Counted from the first letter of the stretch, positions 18,559-28,676 are shown. The stretch is 64,000 nt of DNA from Candidatus Micrarchaeota archaeon (GCA_018304385.1 JAGVWJ010000008.1:6643-70642), one strand, 5' to 3'. Notes: a model not told the origin generated them from the sequence alone. Translations and numbers: made by a program.

Positions 18559-19587
18559 CTAAACATCTTCATAACAATAAACTTTTTTATCTGGCCCAAC
18601 TACTGTATAAGGCTTATCAGGTTGTTTGTCCGAACATAATGGAAAACCAACAAGTGATTCACTGCTTATTGTTTGATTATTAACATAAACACCAGCAGGA
18701 ATATTATCTGGCATGCAAAATAATTTATCTCCCCTGGTAATAGCTATTGCACTTTCAGGGCAGTATCTATACCCATCACTAACAGTATTAAATATAACGC
18801 CAATAATTAACCCAATTATCTGGGATGACTTAATACAGCCTGGATCAGGAGATGGATTGTTGTCTCCTTGAACAGTATAACAAACCCCACTACTATCCCT
18901 TTGAATCTCAATTATTCTATGCATTATAGGAAGATCAAAAGATGTTGATCTATATGCGATGATATTTCCAACTTGCAATCGTTCTGGATCAAAATTAGTT
19001 GTAAATACTGCTGTATGTTCTGCAGTTATTGTTGGATGCATTGATTTGGTATCGGTTACAGATGAAAGATTTAGTTTAGACTGTTTCAAGATTAATGAAT
19101 CCCTTGATAAAAGAAAATCAAGGTTTGCAATAACTGGGGAACTAGGTATATCTTTTGGCAAACGACCTGATGATTGGAAGTTTCTAAGTTTTTCTAATAT
19201 TACTTCGTAGTCCCTGGTTAGATTTTGATACAATGACTTAAGATTATTATGACTATTATTCAAAGAGATATAAGATGCGCTCAAATCATTATAATTTTTA
19301 ATATAGTTATTATGTGCTGTATTTAGACTAGAGTAGTCTAACATAAGTTTTTTATTGGATAAATCAAGTTCATCATAAGATTTATTTAGAGATTCATGCG
19401 CATCACGCAACTCATTGTATTTGGATTGCAAGGTTTTATCTTTCTCTTCAAGATTATCATAATCCTTTTGCAGCTCTTCGTATTTTTTCTCCATTGCATT
19501 CTTATCATTGACTGCCTTATTCAATTCTTCTTTTGATACACAGCCAAAGAGTATTAGTACCAGTGCTAGAAAAATTATTTTTCTCAT
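18559..19587 (-). CDS. lipoprotein with N-terminal coiled-coil repeats and C-terminal type I signal peptidase (S26)-like domain
   Basis: MRKIIFLALVLILFGC lipobox; repeated YxxLxxxYxxL heptads; C-term SMHPTIT (box B-like SMxPT), VGNIIAY (box C-like), QGDNNPSPD (box D/E-like GDNN). Confidence 0.45.
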   Translation of the reverse strand: MRKIIFLALVLILFGCVSKEELNKAVNDKNAMEKKYEELQKDYDNLEEKDKTLQSKYNELRDAHESLNKSYDELDLSNKKLMLDYSSLNTAHNNYIKNYNDLSASYISLNNSHNNLKSLYQNLTRDYEVILEKLRNFQSSGRLPKDIPSSPVIANLDFLLSRDSLILKQSKLNLSSVTDTKSMHPTITAEHTAVFTTNFDPERLQVGNIIAYRSTSFDLPIMHRIIEIQRDSSGVCYTVQGDNNPSPDPGCIKSSQIIGLIIGVIFNTVSDGYRYCPESAIAITRGDKLFCMPDNIPAGVYVNNQTISSESLVGFPLCSDKQPDKPYTVVGPDKKVYCYEDV

Positions 19588-19689
19588 GAATAGTTTATTG
19601 GAAATAGATTTATAAGAACATCCCAAAACAACAATCCAAGACCCAAAACAAAAAAATCCCGCCTGCCTGATTTGTTCCATTGAACCCTT

Positions 19690-19975
19690 TTTAGAATCTA
19701 ATTATTTTTTTATGTTAAAAAGGGTTCGTCCAAAAACGACATTAAAATAACCATCGTTTAAAACCTTCGCCGTTTCTTTGGGGGTGAAGGCCTCAGCCAT
19801 TGACACGACTTTCGTGTCAATATTTGTCAACATTGTTGACAATTCACTTTCTTTAGAAGAAAGGGGCTATGGCTTGAACAAGCAACCTATCGGTTTCCGC
19901 CTTTTAGGAAAAGGCGGCCTAAAACTCACTAGGGGATTGAGCTAAGGCGGGATTATTATTTATATGAGAGAATAA
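19690..19975. ncRNA. hairpin-rich intergenic region (possible sRNA or regulatory region)
   Basis: 300 bp without ORF; hairpins GAACCCTTTT...AAAAGGGTTC, TTGACACGA-CTT-TCGTGTCAA, TGTCAACA-T-TGTTGACA, CCGCCTTTT-AGG-AAAAGGCGG; shares AGAAGAAAGGGGCT motif with 53630 region. Confidence 0.3.
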
Positions 19976-19978
19976 CTT

Positions 19979-20272
19979 TTAAGGTCTTGCATTTTGCTGA
20001 TTTTGCCAATATTTAGCCTCGGCAGCCTCTACATCAGCAATTGTTCTGTTATTATTCCTGCACCAATTGTCTACTAAACGCGTATATAATTCAGGATCGC
20101 TAATGCCTGGAATATTTCCACCGCTTCGAATTAACTGTAGCAATTTTATAATGCCCATCGGAATCCCATCAATTGGACCTTCATTTAGCACTCCTTTTTC
20201 TACATGTAGTATTGGTCTTCTTGCTGGTAATTGCACTGGTTCCCCTCTTAATTTTAATAATGCACTTCCCAT
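19979..20272 (-). CDS. hypothetical protein
   Basis: 97 aa ORF, no family recognised. Confidence 0.3.
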   Translation of the reverse strand: MGSALLKLRGEPVQLPARRPILHVEKGVLNEGPIDGIPMGIIKLLQLIRSGGNIPGISDPELYTRLVDNWCRNNNRTIADVEAAEAKYWQNQQNARP

Positions 20273-20407
20273 ACAATATATTTAATTACGACAATTTATA
20301 AATATGTGTAACTAAATTCCTCGCAGCATTGTTTTTGGCCCATTATCAAAAAATTCGTATTTACGAAAATCGCAAAAGGTTTAAATAGTAGATGAGTAAT
20401 CCAGTAC

Positions 20408-20818
20408 ATGAAGCTCGATGACAAAGACAAGAAAATAATTTCCTTATTGCGGCAAAATGCGCGCGTTGCAAATACAACAATGGCCAAGCAAGTAGACTTA
20501 ACAGAAGGTGCAGTACGCCATCGCATTGATCAGCTTGTTAAACAAGGGGCAATTAAAAGATTTACAATTGACACATCTGCGGAAAGCGGATTTTTCGCAA
20601 TAGTCATGACAAAGGCTAGGGATGATCCTAAAAAAGCAATGCGCGAAATAATTGCAACGAGGATTCCAAAGGAAGCATATGAAGTATCTGGAGATTTTGA
20701 TGGATGCCTAATTATAGAAGGAGAAAGTATTGAAGCTATTGATGATGAGATAGATAAAATAAGAAAACTAAAAAGCGTGAGCGATACGAAAACTTATGTT
20801 GTTTTAAGGAAATACTAA
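20408..20818 (+). CDS. lrp: Lrp/AsnC family transcriptional regulator
   Basis: 136 aa; N-terminal HTH LDxxDxKIIxLLxxNAR...TxxxLAxxVxLT + C-terminal RAM domain. Confidence 0.8.
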   Translation: MKLDDKDKKIISLLRQNARVANTTMAKQVDLTEGAVRHRIDQLVKQGAIKRFTIDTSAESGFFAIVMTKARDDPKKAMREIIATRIPKEAYEVSGDFDGCLIIEGESIEAIDDEIDKIRKLKSVSDTKTYVVLRKY

Positions 20819-20959
20819 ATAATAAATATTGGATGAACCGCGGCTTCAATGAGCTGAAAAAATGCCAAGCGTGTGAGGAGCTAAGGGGACTGGTAATCCT
20901 TGCAGTATTTACCTCATCATGCTTCCCAATAACATCTTCCTGATTCTATTATAAATCGT

Positions 20960-21304
20960 CTATTGACCTACTAGTCTATCAATTTTAGCTGCTATTATAA
21001 AGTCATTTTCTCCTAGTCCATTAATAGCATGACTAAAAAGCTGTATGCGAACGGCTTTATAGAATATAGTAATTGTGGGATAATGGTCTTCCTCATTAAT
21101 GATTGCTTTGACTTTATCTACAAATTTCATTGCTTCTAGAAAATTCTTGAATGTAAAATCACATTGCAACTGGTTATTTTTTATTTCCCAACTTTTAACA
21201 TATTGGAGTAGTTCTTTTATTTTCTCTGGATCAAGCGGCTTTAGACCAGCCCTTGCTGGTTGGCATTTCATTTCTGATAAATTCATAGAGACCACAAATT
21301 TCAT
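20960..21304 (-). CDS. pterin-4a-carbinolamine dehydratase
   Basis: 114 aa; EEDHYPTITIFYKAVRIQLFSH matches PCD/DCoH [ED]xHHP core. Confidence 0.65.
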   Translation of the reverse strand: MKFVVSMNLSEMKCQPARAGLKPLDPEKIKELLQYVKSWEIKNNQLQCDFTFKNFLEAMKFVDKVKAIINEEDHYPTITIFYKAVRIQLFSHAINGLGENDFIIAAKIDRLVGQ

Positions 21305-21361
21305 TACTGCGAATTCAAAACCAAAGGCCAGAATTACTATGTAAAAGAAGCTAAGTAAATA

Positions 21362-22900
21362 CTAATTTTGTTCGCTAGCCTCATATACATCAAAATCTAT
21401 CTTATCTATAACTGGAATTTCTCCGACAATTTGTACATTAGTAGCTGGCCAAAGATAAGTTTCTCCTTTATATTTAAAGTGCTCTGCAAATTCCAATAAT
21501 CCTCTTATTTCCTCTAGGCTTACTCCATCTTCTAGCATGCGCAACGCTAAACGATATTTGCTAACTGCATTTTGAAACATCGGTTGTCCATTATAACGCA
21601 TTGCATCAAAAACCTTAATTTCGTCTTCAGTAAGACGAAATCTTCCTGGGGCCAAGCAATCTTCGCCAACATATACATGCATAAGCGAATGAAACAAACG
21701 TGACCATGTTTCAGCTGGTGAGACGTAAAATTCTTTCATTGCATCTAGTTTAAATCCTTCTTGGTCCATTAATGCGGCCACTGCTAGATTCATTGTTACC
21801 TCTACATAAAATTGTGGAAAGTTGCTCTCAAAATCTTGATTAGTCTCTTGCATACTCCCAGCAAGGCGAAGCATATTCTTATAAAGATCGTTAAACTTTC
21901 CAAGTTGCTGAACCCAAAATGGAATTATCTTGCCCATATCCCCTGAGCAAATATCTCCTTCAGGATCTAGACCTAGCTCTCTTGCTGCTGCAAAAGGATC
22001 TGCATTAGGCTGATTGCTTTGAGCTTCTATTAAAACACTATTAACCTCAGCAACAAGAGAAGCAATTAGCTCTTGATAACGCTGGCTTACCTGTGCAGGT
22101 ATTCTTGGGTCTTGAAGAGCACTTTGAAGCATATTACGATTCATTATAAGTTGATTAAATTCCTGCATAAAACTAATTGAGATTGACTTTTCACTCTCAA
22201 AAAATCTTTGCCTTGTTTCGATCATAAAAAGAAACCCAACTCTACGTATTGCGTCTTCCCTTCTTTTTACCACGGCGTTAATCTCTTCAGCAGAAGGTCC
22301 AGAATAACCTGCAAGAAATGTTGGAAATTGACGATTCTTATCCTTAATAACAATACCATGTCCTAATTCATGGTCAAAGTATCTATCCACATTTGGATCT
22401 TCAGATGATAATATCAGCACATTTAATGGTGAAGGAAAATACATTGCACGCAACAACTGAGGTATCACACCCATACCTCCAATATCAGAACTCTCAAGCA
22501 ACTCTTGAATACCTTTTCTAGAAACACGAAGCTGGATACCTGTTTCTTTTCCATCTGTGTAATCTAAGTCAACAACTTCATTGACCCAAGGACCATATTT
22601 AGAAAGCGCTCTTTGGATAGCAGCTTTAATAGTAGGGAAATCTGGTTCTGCAGGCTTTGTTGAAGTATCTGGAACTGCTAATGACACTGGTATCATTGGT
22701 GGTTTCGTTGCAGCTTCTTCAGTGCCGCAGGATTGACCTTGTATTCCAGTAGCGAGCGCAAATGCATAAGTCAAAAATTTTGGAATAACAGTATCTTTGC
22801 TTTTCGCCTTTTGCCTGCCAGTCTGAACACCCATTAATTTTCGCATATCTATATTTATTATAACAAAAAGGTTTAAAAATAGCCCAGTCACAATGCCCAA
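21362..22900 (-). CDS. hypothetical protein with HELGH (HExxH) motif, possible zinc metallopeptidase
   Basis: 512 aa; DHELGHGIV; N-terminal hydrophobic/signal-like region. Confidence 0.45.
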   Translation of the reverse strand: MGIVTGLFLNLFVIINIDMRKLMGVQTGRQKAKSKDTVIPKFLTYAFALATGIQGQSCGTEEAATKPPMIPVSLAVPDTSTKPAEPDFPTIKAAIQRALSKYGPWVNEVVDLDYTDGKETGIQLRVSRKGIQELLESSDIGGMGVIPQLLRAMYFPSPLNVLILSSEDPNVDRYFDHELGHGIVIKDKNRQFPTFLAGYSGPSAEEINAVVKRREDAIRRVGFLFMIETRQRFFESEKSISISFMQEFNQLIMNRNMLQSALQDPRIPAQVSQRYQELIASLVAEVNSVLIEAQSNQPNADPFAAARELGLDPEGDICSGDMGKIIPFWVQQLGKFNDLYKNMLRLAGSMQETNQDFESNFPQFYVEVTMNLAVAALMDQEGFKLDAMKEFYVSPAETWSRLFHSLMHVYVGEDCLAPGRFRLTEDEIKVFDAMRYNGQPMFQNAVSKYRLALRMLEDGVSLEEIRGLLEFAEHFKYKGETYLWPATNVQIVGEIPVIDKIDFDVYEASEQN

Positions 22901-22918
22901 GGCCCATTGCTAACTCAT
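22889..22918. repeat. heptamer tandem repeat copy (reverse orientation: CAATGGGC CTTGGGC ATTGTGA)
   Basis: direct reading between 21362 gene start and AMP phosphorylase stop. Confidence 0.45.
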
Positions 22919-24334
22919 ACTTCCCAAAAGCATTTTCCTAAATTCTATTGGTTCCAAATCCTCTAATGCCTTAATCGCAAAGCTTAATTTTGTTTCGCTT
23001 TCTGCGTAGATGGTAAATAACAAATCTCCCTTAACAACGCGATCGCCACGTATGCGATGGACATAAACACCTGCACCATCATCACGCGGTGCACCAGCAA
23101 TCCTAGCAATTTTAGATATCATTTTATTATCTATGTGGTAAATCTGACCTTCACGCTCTGTCTTAACATCATACGTATATTGACCAATGGGCAAATCACT
23201 AATTTTCACATTAGGATTTCCACCTTGTAAACCAACTATTTCGCGGAATTTCTTATTTGCCTTTCCGTTTCTTATAAGGTCTGATGCAACATCATATCCT
23301 TTTCCAACATTGCATTTGCCAGCTAACTCAAGCAGCTTGCCAGTCATAAATATGCTTTTATGCCTTAGATCATTTGGCCCTTTTCCTTCAAGTACTTGTA
23401 GAACATCTCTGCATTCAAGCGCTGGACCAACACCATTACCTACTGGCTCTGCACCATCAGTTATTAGCACTTCAATATTCATTCCAATGCTCTTTCCAAT
23501 CTTTATAAAATGATCACCTAACTGCTGTGCTTTTTCCATATATGGAATCTTTGCACCGCGGCCTACAGGAATATCGATTATCACGTTTTCAGCACCAACG
23601 CATTTTTTCTTTCCTAATATGCTTGCAAGCAGCATACCTTCTGGATCTAAACTAAGTGGATGTCTTATTTTTATGAGTCTGTCATCTACTGGCGCAAGAT
23701 TCATACCTCCGCCCCAAACAATCGCGCCATGTGCCTTGAGCACAATTTTTCGCATCTCTTCTATTTCTATTTCGACATCTGTTAAAACCTCAAATGTATC
23801 AGCAGTTCCTGATGGACTGGTAATTGAACGAGAACTAGTTTTTGGAATATACAAATCAGTGCACGCAATCATTGGAACAATCAGCATTGTTGTGCGGTTT
23901 CCGACGACGCCTCCGACGCAGTGCTTATCACAAATTCCTTTTTTACCAAGTTCTAATTTGTCACCAGAATTAACTGTTGCATGCGTTAACGCAATAATCT
24001 CTTCATCACTAAAGCCACGAATATAAGCAGCAGAGATCCAAGCGGATGTTTCAATCTCACTAAGTTTTCCTTCCATTATTTCTTTTACAATTAGCTGAAC
24101 TTCATCTGGTTTAAGTGTTTCACCATCAAGCTTTCTCTTTATATAGCTTATGGAAGCCGGCCTGTCCATGTGCATTATTTCTGTCTTATCACCGTCTTTC
24201 AGATTAAGATCTTTAGCTACATCCTTGAATATACCTATTTCACCAGGCTTAACAAGCTCATCAGAAACATCTACTATTGCAACTACGCACTCTTTTTTTG
24301 GTGTGCACACCTGCGTGCGATACCCCCAATACAT
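22910..24334 (-). CDS. deoA: AMP phosphorylase / type II thymidine phosphorylase family
   Basis: 474 aa; pyrimidine-nucleoside phosphorylase fold with archaeal N-terminal extension; glycosyltransferase family 3 motifs (DKHCVGGV, TSSRSITSPSGTADT). Confidence 0.8.
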   Translation of the reverse strand: MYWGYRTQVCTPKKECVVAIVDVSDELVKPGEIGIFKDVAKDLNLKDGDKTEIMHMDRPASISYIKRKLDGETLKPDEVQLIVKEIMEGKLSEIETSAWISAAYIRGFSDEEIIALTHATVNSGDKLELGKKGICDKHCVGGVVGNRTTMLIVPMIACTDLYIPKTSSRSITSPSGTADTFEVLTDVEIEIEEMRKIVLKAHGAIVWGGGMNLAPVDDRLIKIRHPLSLDPEGMLLASILGKKKCVGAENVIIDIPVGRGAKIPYMEKAQQLGDHFIKIGKSIGMNIEVLITDGAEPVGNGVGPALECRDVLQVLEGKGPNDLRHKSIFMTGKLLELAGKCNVGKGYDVASDLIRNGKANKKFREIVGLQGGNPNVKISDLPIGQYTYDVKTEREGQIYHIDNKMISKIARIAGAPRDDGAGVYVHRIRGDRVVKGDLLFTIYAESETKLSFAIKALEDLEPIEFRKMLLGSMS

Positions 24335-24639
24335 ATCATGCTCTTTTGCTTCATCCTCATTCAGTACAATTATCTTAGCACCAGTGTATATATCTAGAAT
24401 TTTTACTTTGCAGACGTATTTCTTATATCTCCAAACATCTACCTTCTTGGTTTACTTCTCAACAAATTTAGGTTCCTTTTTGTCATTTACCATGTTCATA
24501 ACCAACCCTGCTTTCTTTCCTGATTCACAATCAAATTTTAAATATCTGGTTGTGAACAGATTGATCCGACTTTTTGGAGGATCATTATAAGATTATTCAA
24601 AAGCAGTAAACTTTTAAATGTAGTATCCCTAAAAAAAAT

Positions 24640-25740
24640 ATGCAAAAAAAGAGAAACGTACATAATAAAGCAATTATTTTTTTGATTGTAGTGTTACTGG
24701 TTTTAGCATTCATATTAGTACTTGGTGGAAAAAAAGCAGCTACAAATATAGCAACACCAGAACCACAGCCAACACCTCAACCCGAGCCACAGCCATTGCC
24801 AGCACCACAACCAACACCTGCGGCAGCAGATGAAACTCTGGATAGTTTTATTGTTTTTTATACCGCGTTGCTTGGAACTGATGCTAATAATTTATCATAT
24901 AGTATATACGCAGATTATAACTTAGAAAGTAAAACAAATAAAGTAAACTGGGATGATAGCTATTATGCTGCTTTGGGTTATCTTCCAGTATCAAACAGGG
25001 CGTACTTATTAGACCGAGTAAAATCTGAGGGATACTCAAATACACCTATGCAAGTCATAACAAGAGGAAATAAACTGTTTTTGTTAAATAATGAAAAAAT
25101 CGAGGTAATTGATCCTTCTAATGGTAAGAAATTATATACAGTAGCTACCTCAACAGAGATAAGCAGTTTTGCAGTTATTAGTAATAACATCTTTTATCGC
25201 GATTCTGCTGGAGACTTATTAAAGCTAAGTTTTGATTCTACACAACCACAAAAGCTGTTGGTTAGTGATGATCCTGATAATGTTGGAGCACTCTATGATA
25301 TCCAGGATAGCCTTGTAACGATATATTATAATACAGATAAAAATGAATACGAGATTAGAGAACATAATGTAGATACTGGAAAAATTATAAAAACAACCAA
25401 CACTATACCTGCTGGCAATTTGAAATTCTATGATGGGGAAACTGCATTTTATATTGTTGCGCAAGATGAAACTAATCAAAACAGATATTATATATACCGT
25501 ATCGAATTAGGTGATACTGCTGAAACATTGATCGGATTAGACTTGGATGAAAGCGAAGGTGGGATATTAGGTGTTGATGAGAGTAATGGGAAACTGTTTG
25601 TTACTATAGAATCCAAAACACCTGGCACAGCAGATTCTGTTGTTGTCCATGATTTAAGTACAAAGGAGAGTAAAGAGATAAATTTTGATCAAAAAATAAG
25701 TTATACTGGAAATCCTCCAGAATATTTCTCTTTGAATTAA
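24640..25740 (+). CDS. type II membrane protein with Pro-rich stalk and extracellular beta-rich (propeller-like) domain
   Basis: N-terminal TM IIFLIVVLLVLAFILVLGG, PEPQPTPQPEPQP linker; domain paralogous to C-terminus of next gene. Confidence 0.55.
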   Translation: MQKKRNVHNKAIIFLIVVLLVLAFILVLGGKKAATNIATPEPQPTPQPEPQPLPAPQPTPAAADETLDSFIVFYTALLGTDANNLSYSIYADYNLESKTNKVNWDDSYYAALGYLPVSNRAYLLDRVKSEGYSNTPMQVITRGNKLFLLNNEKIEVIDPSNGKKLYTVATSTEISSFAVISNNIFYRDSAGDLLKLSFDSTQPQKLLVSDDPDNVGALYDIQDSLVTIYYNTDKNEYEIREHNVDTGKIIKTTNTIPAGNLKFYDGETAFYIVAQDETNQNRYYIYRIELGDTAETLIGLDLDESEGGILGVDESNGKLFVTIESKTPGTADSVVVHDLSTKESKEINFDQKISYTGNPPEYFSLN

Positions 25741-25770
25741 ATTTTTAAATATACCATCATAAAAGTAAGC

Positions 25771-27438
25771 ATGCAAAGATATGTTATTGTTCTACTTTTA
25801 GTTTTAATGGTTCTAGTTGTTATAGTATACCAGCAAAAAGACCAGATTACTTATATACTAACAGGCAAAAAACCAATAGATACTGGAGGCATATCAACTG
25901 GTAAGATGCAGTTAACTAGTCCTGCTTTTTCACAAAATGAGAATGTACCCAAATTATATACATGCGAAGGCAGCGATTTAAATCCGCCACTAACAATTAG
26001 TGGCACGCCAAGCAATGCTAAAAGTCTTGCGATAGTTATTGATGATCCAGATGCGAATTACCCTGGCGCACCTGATGGTGCTTGGGTTCACTGGGTTACA
26101 TGGAATATTCCTGCAAATACTAAGAACATTGCGCAAGGCACACCTGTTGGTACGCAAGGTGCGAATAGCGGTGGGGAATCAAAATATATGGGACCTTGTC
26201 CACCTGAAGGACCGGCGCATATGTATATCTTCAAAATCTATGCATTAGATACAACATTAACGCTTAATGCAGGTGCAACAAAACAACAGCTTGAACAAGC
26301 AATGCAAGGCCATATATTAGACAGCACTGTTCTTACTGGATTATACGCTGCTGGAAGCGGGCCGACACCGCCTACACCTCCGCCAATGCCACCCGTAGGT
26401 CCAACTCCACCTTCTAATGTAACACAGCCACCAACACCAGATGTTAAAAAATTAGAAATCTCACCAAATACTTTGATGATATTTTATTTTACAAGCGTTG
26501 GGTCTGGCACAAAAAGTTTACCTTCAGTAGTATCAACAACTGAGGGAACACCAAGCACTAAAGTAATATATATAACTGCCCAACCCATAACATGGAGCAG
26601 TACTTATTATGCGATTATTGGAGATATACCTTCTTTAGACAAAGCTTATGTAATCGATAAAACAATATCATACAGCTATTCGAGAAGCGTTTTGCGTGTT
26701 AGAACAAATGGGAATAGAGTTATTGTTCTTAATGAGCGCGGAGAGCGAAATCCACTTATTTACGACTTCAAGGTAATAGATCAGATAACTGGGGGAACTA
26801 TCAAAAATGTAGATTTATATCCACGATCTTCTGTTGGCAGCTTCGCCATAATTGGTGATTCATTTTATTATCATGCAAGTGACGGATTATATAAAAGAGA
26901 CTTTAGTGCAACTCAGTCAACAAAACTTTTAGATGATAATGACCCTTCTAATAAAGGAAAACTATATAGCGTTGGCAATAGATTATTTAGTGTGGATGGA
27001 ACTTATGAAGCTAGCACAAAATTAACTACTAATATTATAAGAGAACATAGCACAAGCACTGGCAAAATAATCAAAGAAGTAACAAGTTTTCCAACATCAA
27101 TTTCGAGCTTAGCTACATTTTACGATGGAGAAACTGCATTATACTTTAGCTTAAAGGATACCTCAGCAAATGCTTATGAAATATACCGCGTAACTTCTGG
27201 TGAGCCAGAATATATGTTTGAAGTAGTTTTAAACGCAGGAGAAACAGGATTGGGAAAAGTAGATGAAACCAATGGTTATCTGATAGTTCCGATCTTATCA
27301 AGTAGTACAAATACGCTTGTTGTATATAATCTAAAGAAAAACAAGGGTGAAGATGATATAATTATTAAAAAAGATGAGCTCATTGGCCCAGGATTCACTC
27401 TTGCAAGTGCAGAGTATTCAATGTTAAATCCACAATGA
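25771..27438 (+). CDS. membrane-anchored PEBP (YbhB/YbcL family) domain fused via Pro-rich linker to beta-rich domain paralogous to 24640-25740
   Basis: TM anchor; PEBP motifs DDPDANYPGAPDGAWVHW...GPCPPEGPAHMYIFKIYALD; GSGPTPPTPPPMPPVGPTPP linker; C-terminal domain aligns with upstream paralog. Confidence 0.65.
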   Translation: MQRYVIVLLLVLMVLVVIVYQQKDQITYILTGKKPIDTGGISTGKMQLTSPAFSQNENVPKLYTCEGSDLNPPLTISGTPSNAKSLAIVIDDPDANYPGAPDGAWVHWVTWNIPANTKNIAQGTPVGTQGANSGGESKYMGPCPPEGPAHMYIFKIYALDTTLTLNAGATKQQLEQAMQGHILDSTVLTGLYAAGSGPTPPTPPPMPPVGPTPPSNVTQPPTPDVKKLEISPNTLMIFYFTSVGSGTKSLPSVVSTTEGTPSTKVIYITAQPITWSSTYYAIIGDIPSLDKAYVIDKTISYSYSRSVLRVRTNGNRVIVLNERGERNPLIYDFKVIDQITGGTIKNVDLYPRSSVGSFAIIGDSFYYHASDGLYKRDFSATQSTKLLDDNDPSNKGKLYSVGNRLFSVDGTYEASTKLTTNIIREHSTSTGKIIKEVTSFPTSISSLATFYDGETALYFSLKDTSANAYEIYRVTSGEPEYMFEVVLNAGETGLGKVDETNGYLIVPILSSSTNTLVVYNLKKNKGEDDIIIKKDELIGPGFTLASAEYSMLNPQ

Positions 27439-27475
27439 TATACTATTAAATACCTTTTTTCTATAATTCTCCATT

Positions 27476-28447
27476 ATGTCAGTCACTATTGTTAAACATA
27501 GTTGGAGGATTTGCCCTAAAGGTATGGAAGAACATAATAGAAGAAAAAATTCTTTCAGGCCTATTACTGATGAGGAACATGCCCAAGGATTAGAAAACAA
27601 GCAAAAGGTTCTGAAAGTTTTAAGAGATGTTTTTAGAGGTTCTGGACTGAGCATTATACTTTACGGTTCGCAGGTATATGCTCCACAAGTAGGACAAGAC
27701 TTTGATCTGGCGGCACTATATCCATCTCGTGCATCTTTAAAAGCAATTGAATATTTTTGTAAAGTAGACTATACACCTGACCCTGTTTCAAGAGTATTAA
27801 AAGCAATTTTAGGAGATGAACCTAGTGCACTTCTTGATTTTTTAGAGCTTCATTATTCTAGCTTTCGATTTAAATTATTAATTAATGGTTCACCTGTACA
27901 GTTAAATGTCTTTTGTCAATCTACATTGGAAAGAGTAGCTAATCAAGGATTCCCTGAAGATTATAGAAAAATAAGAATACTCCATCCTGAAGGGCCGCTA
28001 AACTTAAAACGTGCAGTACTATTTGATGGAAGCCAACTTTGGATTCCAACTAGAACAAACGGGATACAGCTTGATGGAGAAAATTACTGGTTACGTGGGT
28101 ACTGGGGCTGGCTTTATGAAAATGGATACAGGGCAGTTTCTGGACTCGCAAAAACTAGCGTTGGGTATCTAGTAACTTCTGAAATAGTACTTGATGAAAA
28201 TGAAGTTGCTGCGCGTTTGATTGAGAGCGCAGAAAGAACATTCGTAGCAGCACTTGCAGCTTATTCAAGAGAACGAAACGTTTCAGTTGATCCGTGTGAT
28301 GTTTTTATACGCGCCAAACGTTTTCGCCCAGAGTTCACGGAAAAACTCCGCAGAAGGATTGAAGCGCATAGGCCAAGCAAAACAGAGATTGCAAGATTTG
28401 AACTTCCTCTTTCCCCCCAACAACCAGATCATCCACCATCTTATTAA
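27476..28447 (+). CDS. polymerase-beta-superfamily nucleotidyltransferase-domain protein
   Basis: 323 aa; ILYGSQVYAPQVGQDFDL = hG[GS]x9-13 DhD NTase signature; remainder unassigned. Confidence 0.45.
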   Translation: MSVTIVKHSWRICPKGMEEHNRRKNSFRPITDEEHAQGLENKQKVLKVLRDVFRGSGLSIILYGSQVYAPQVGQDFDLAALYPSRASLKAIEYFCKVDYTPDPVSRVLKAILGDEPSALLDFLELHYSSFRFKLLINGSPVQLNVFCQSTLERVANQGFPEDYRKIRILHPEGPLNLKRAVLFDGSQLWIPTRTNGIQLDGENYWLRGYWGWLYENGYRAVSGLAKTSVGYLVTSEIVLDENEVAARLIESAERTFVAALAAYSRERNVSVDPCDVFIRAKRFRPEFTEKLRRRIEAHRPSKTEIARFELPLSPQQPDHPPSY

Positions 28448-28676
28448 GCTCTTTTTCGTCCTCTTCATCTTCTGGTAATGATGGTGGTAAATCGCTTTCA
28501 CCTAATTTTTGATCTCCTTCACCTACGCTAGCAGGTTCTGCTGCTGGCGGAGTAGCTGGTGGAGCTTGTGGTTTGGTTACGTCAGCAGACTTTTCATCCT
28601 TCTTTTGCTCGCCTTGTGCACAACCAGCTAATAACAATAGCACTGCTCCCAATATTACAAATAATATTTTCATCAA
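28335..28676 (-). CDS. small acidic lipoprotein
   Basis: MMKILFVILGAVLLLLAGC lipobox; Pro-rich then acidic; 3' end overlaps NTase gene convergently by about 110 nt (one of the two may be shorter). Confidence 0.4.
   Translation of the reverse strand: MMKILFVILGAVLLLLAGCAQGEQKKDEKSADVTKPQAPPATPPAAEPASVGEGDQKLGESDLPPSLPEDEEDEKELNKMVDDLVVGGKEEVQILQSLFCLAYALQSFCGVFP

Noticed and set aside
23187-24590. Plus-strand ORFs 23187-23513, 23619-24026, 24150-24590 and 24170-24397 opposite or overlapping the AMP phosphorylase region
   Set aside because: Antisense to a conserved enzyme, or lying in an AT-rich spacer, with low-complexity translations.
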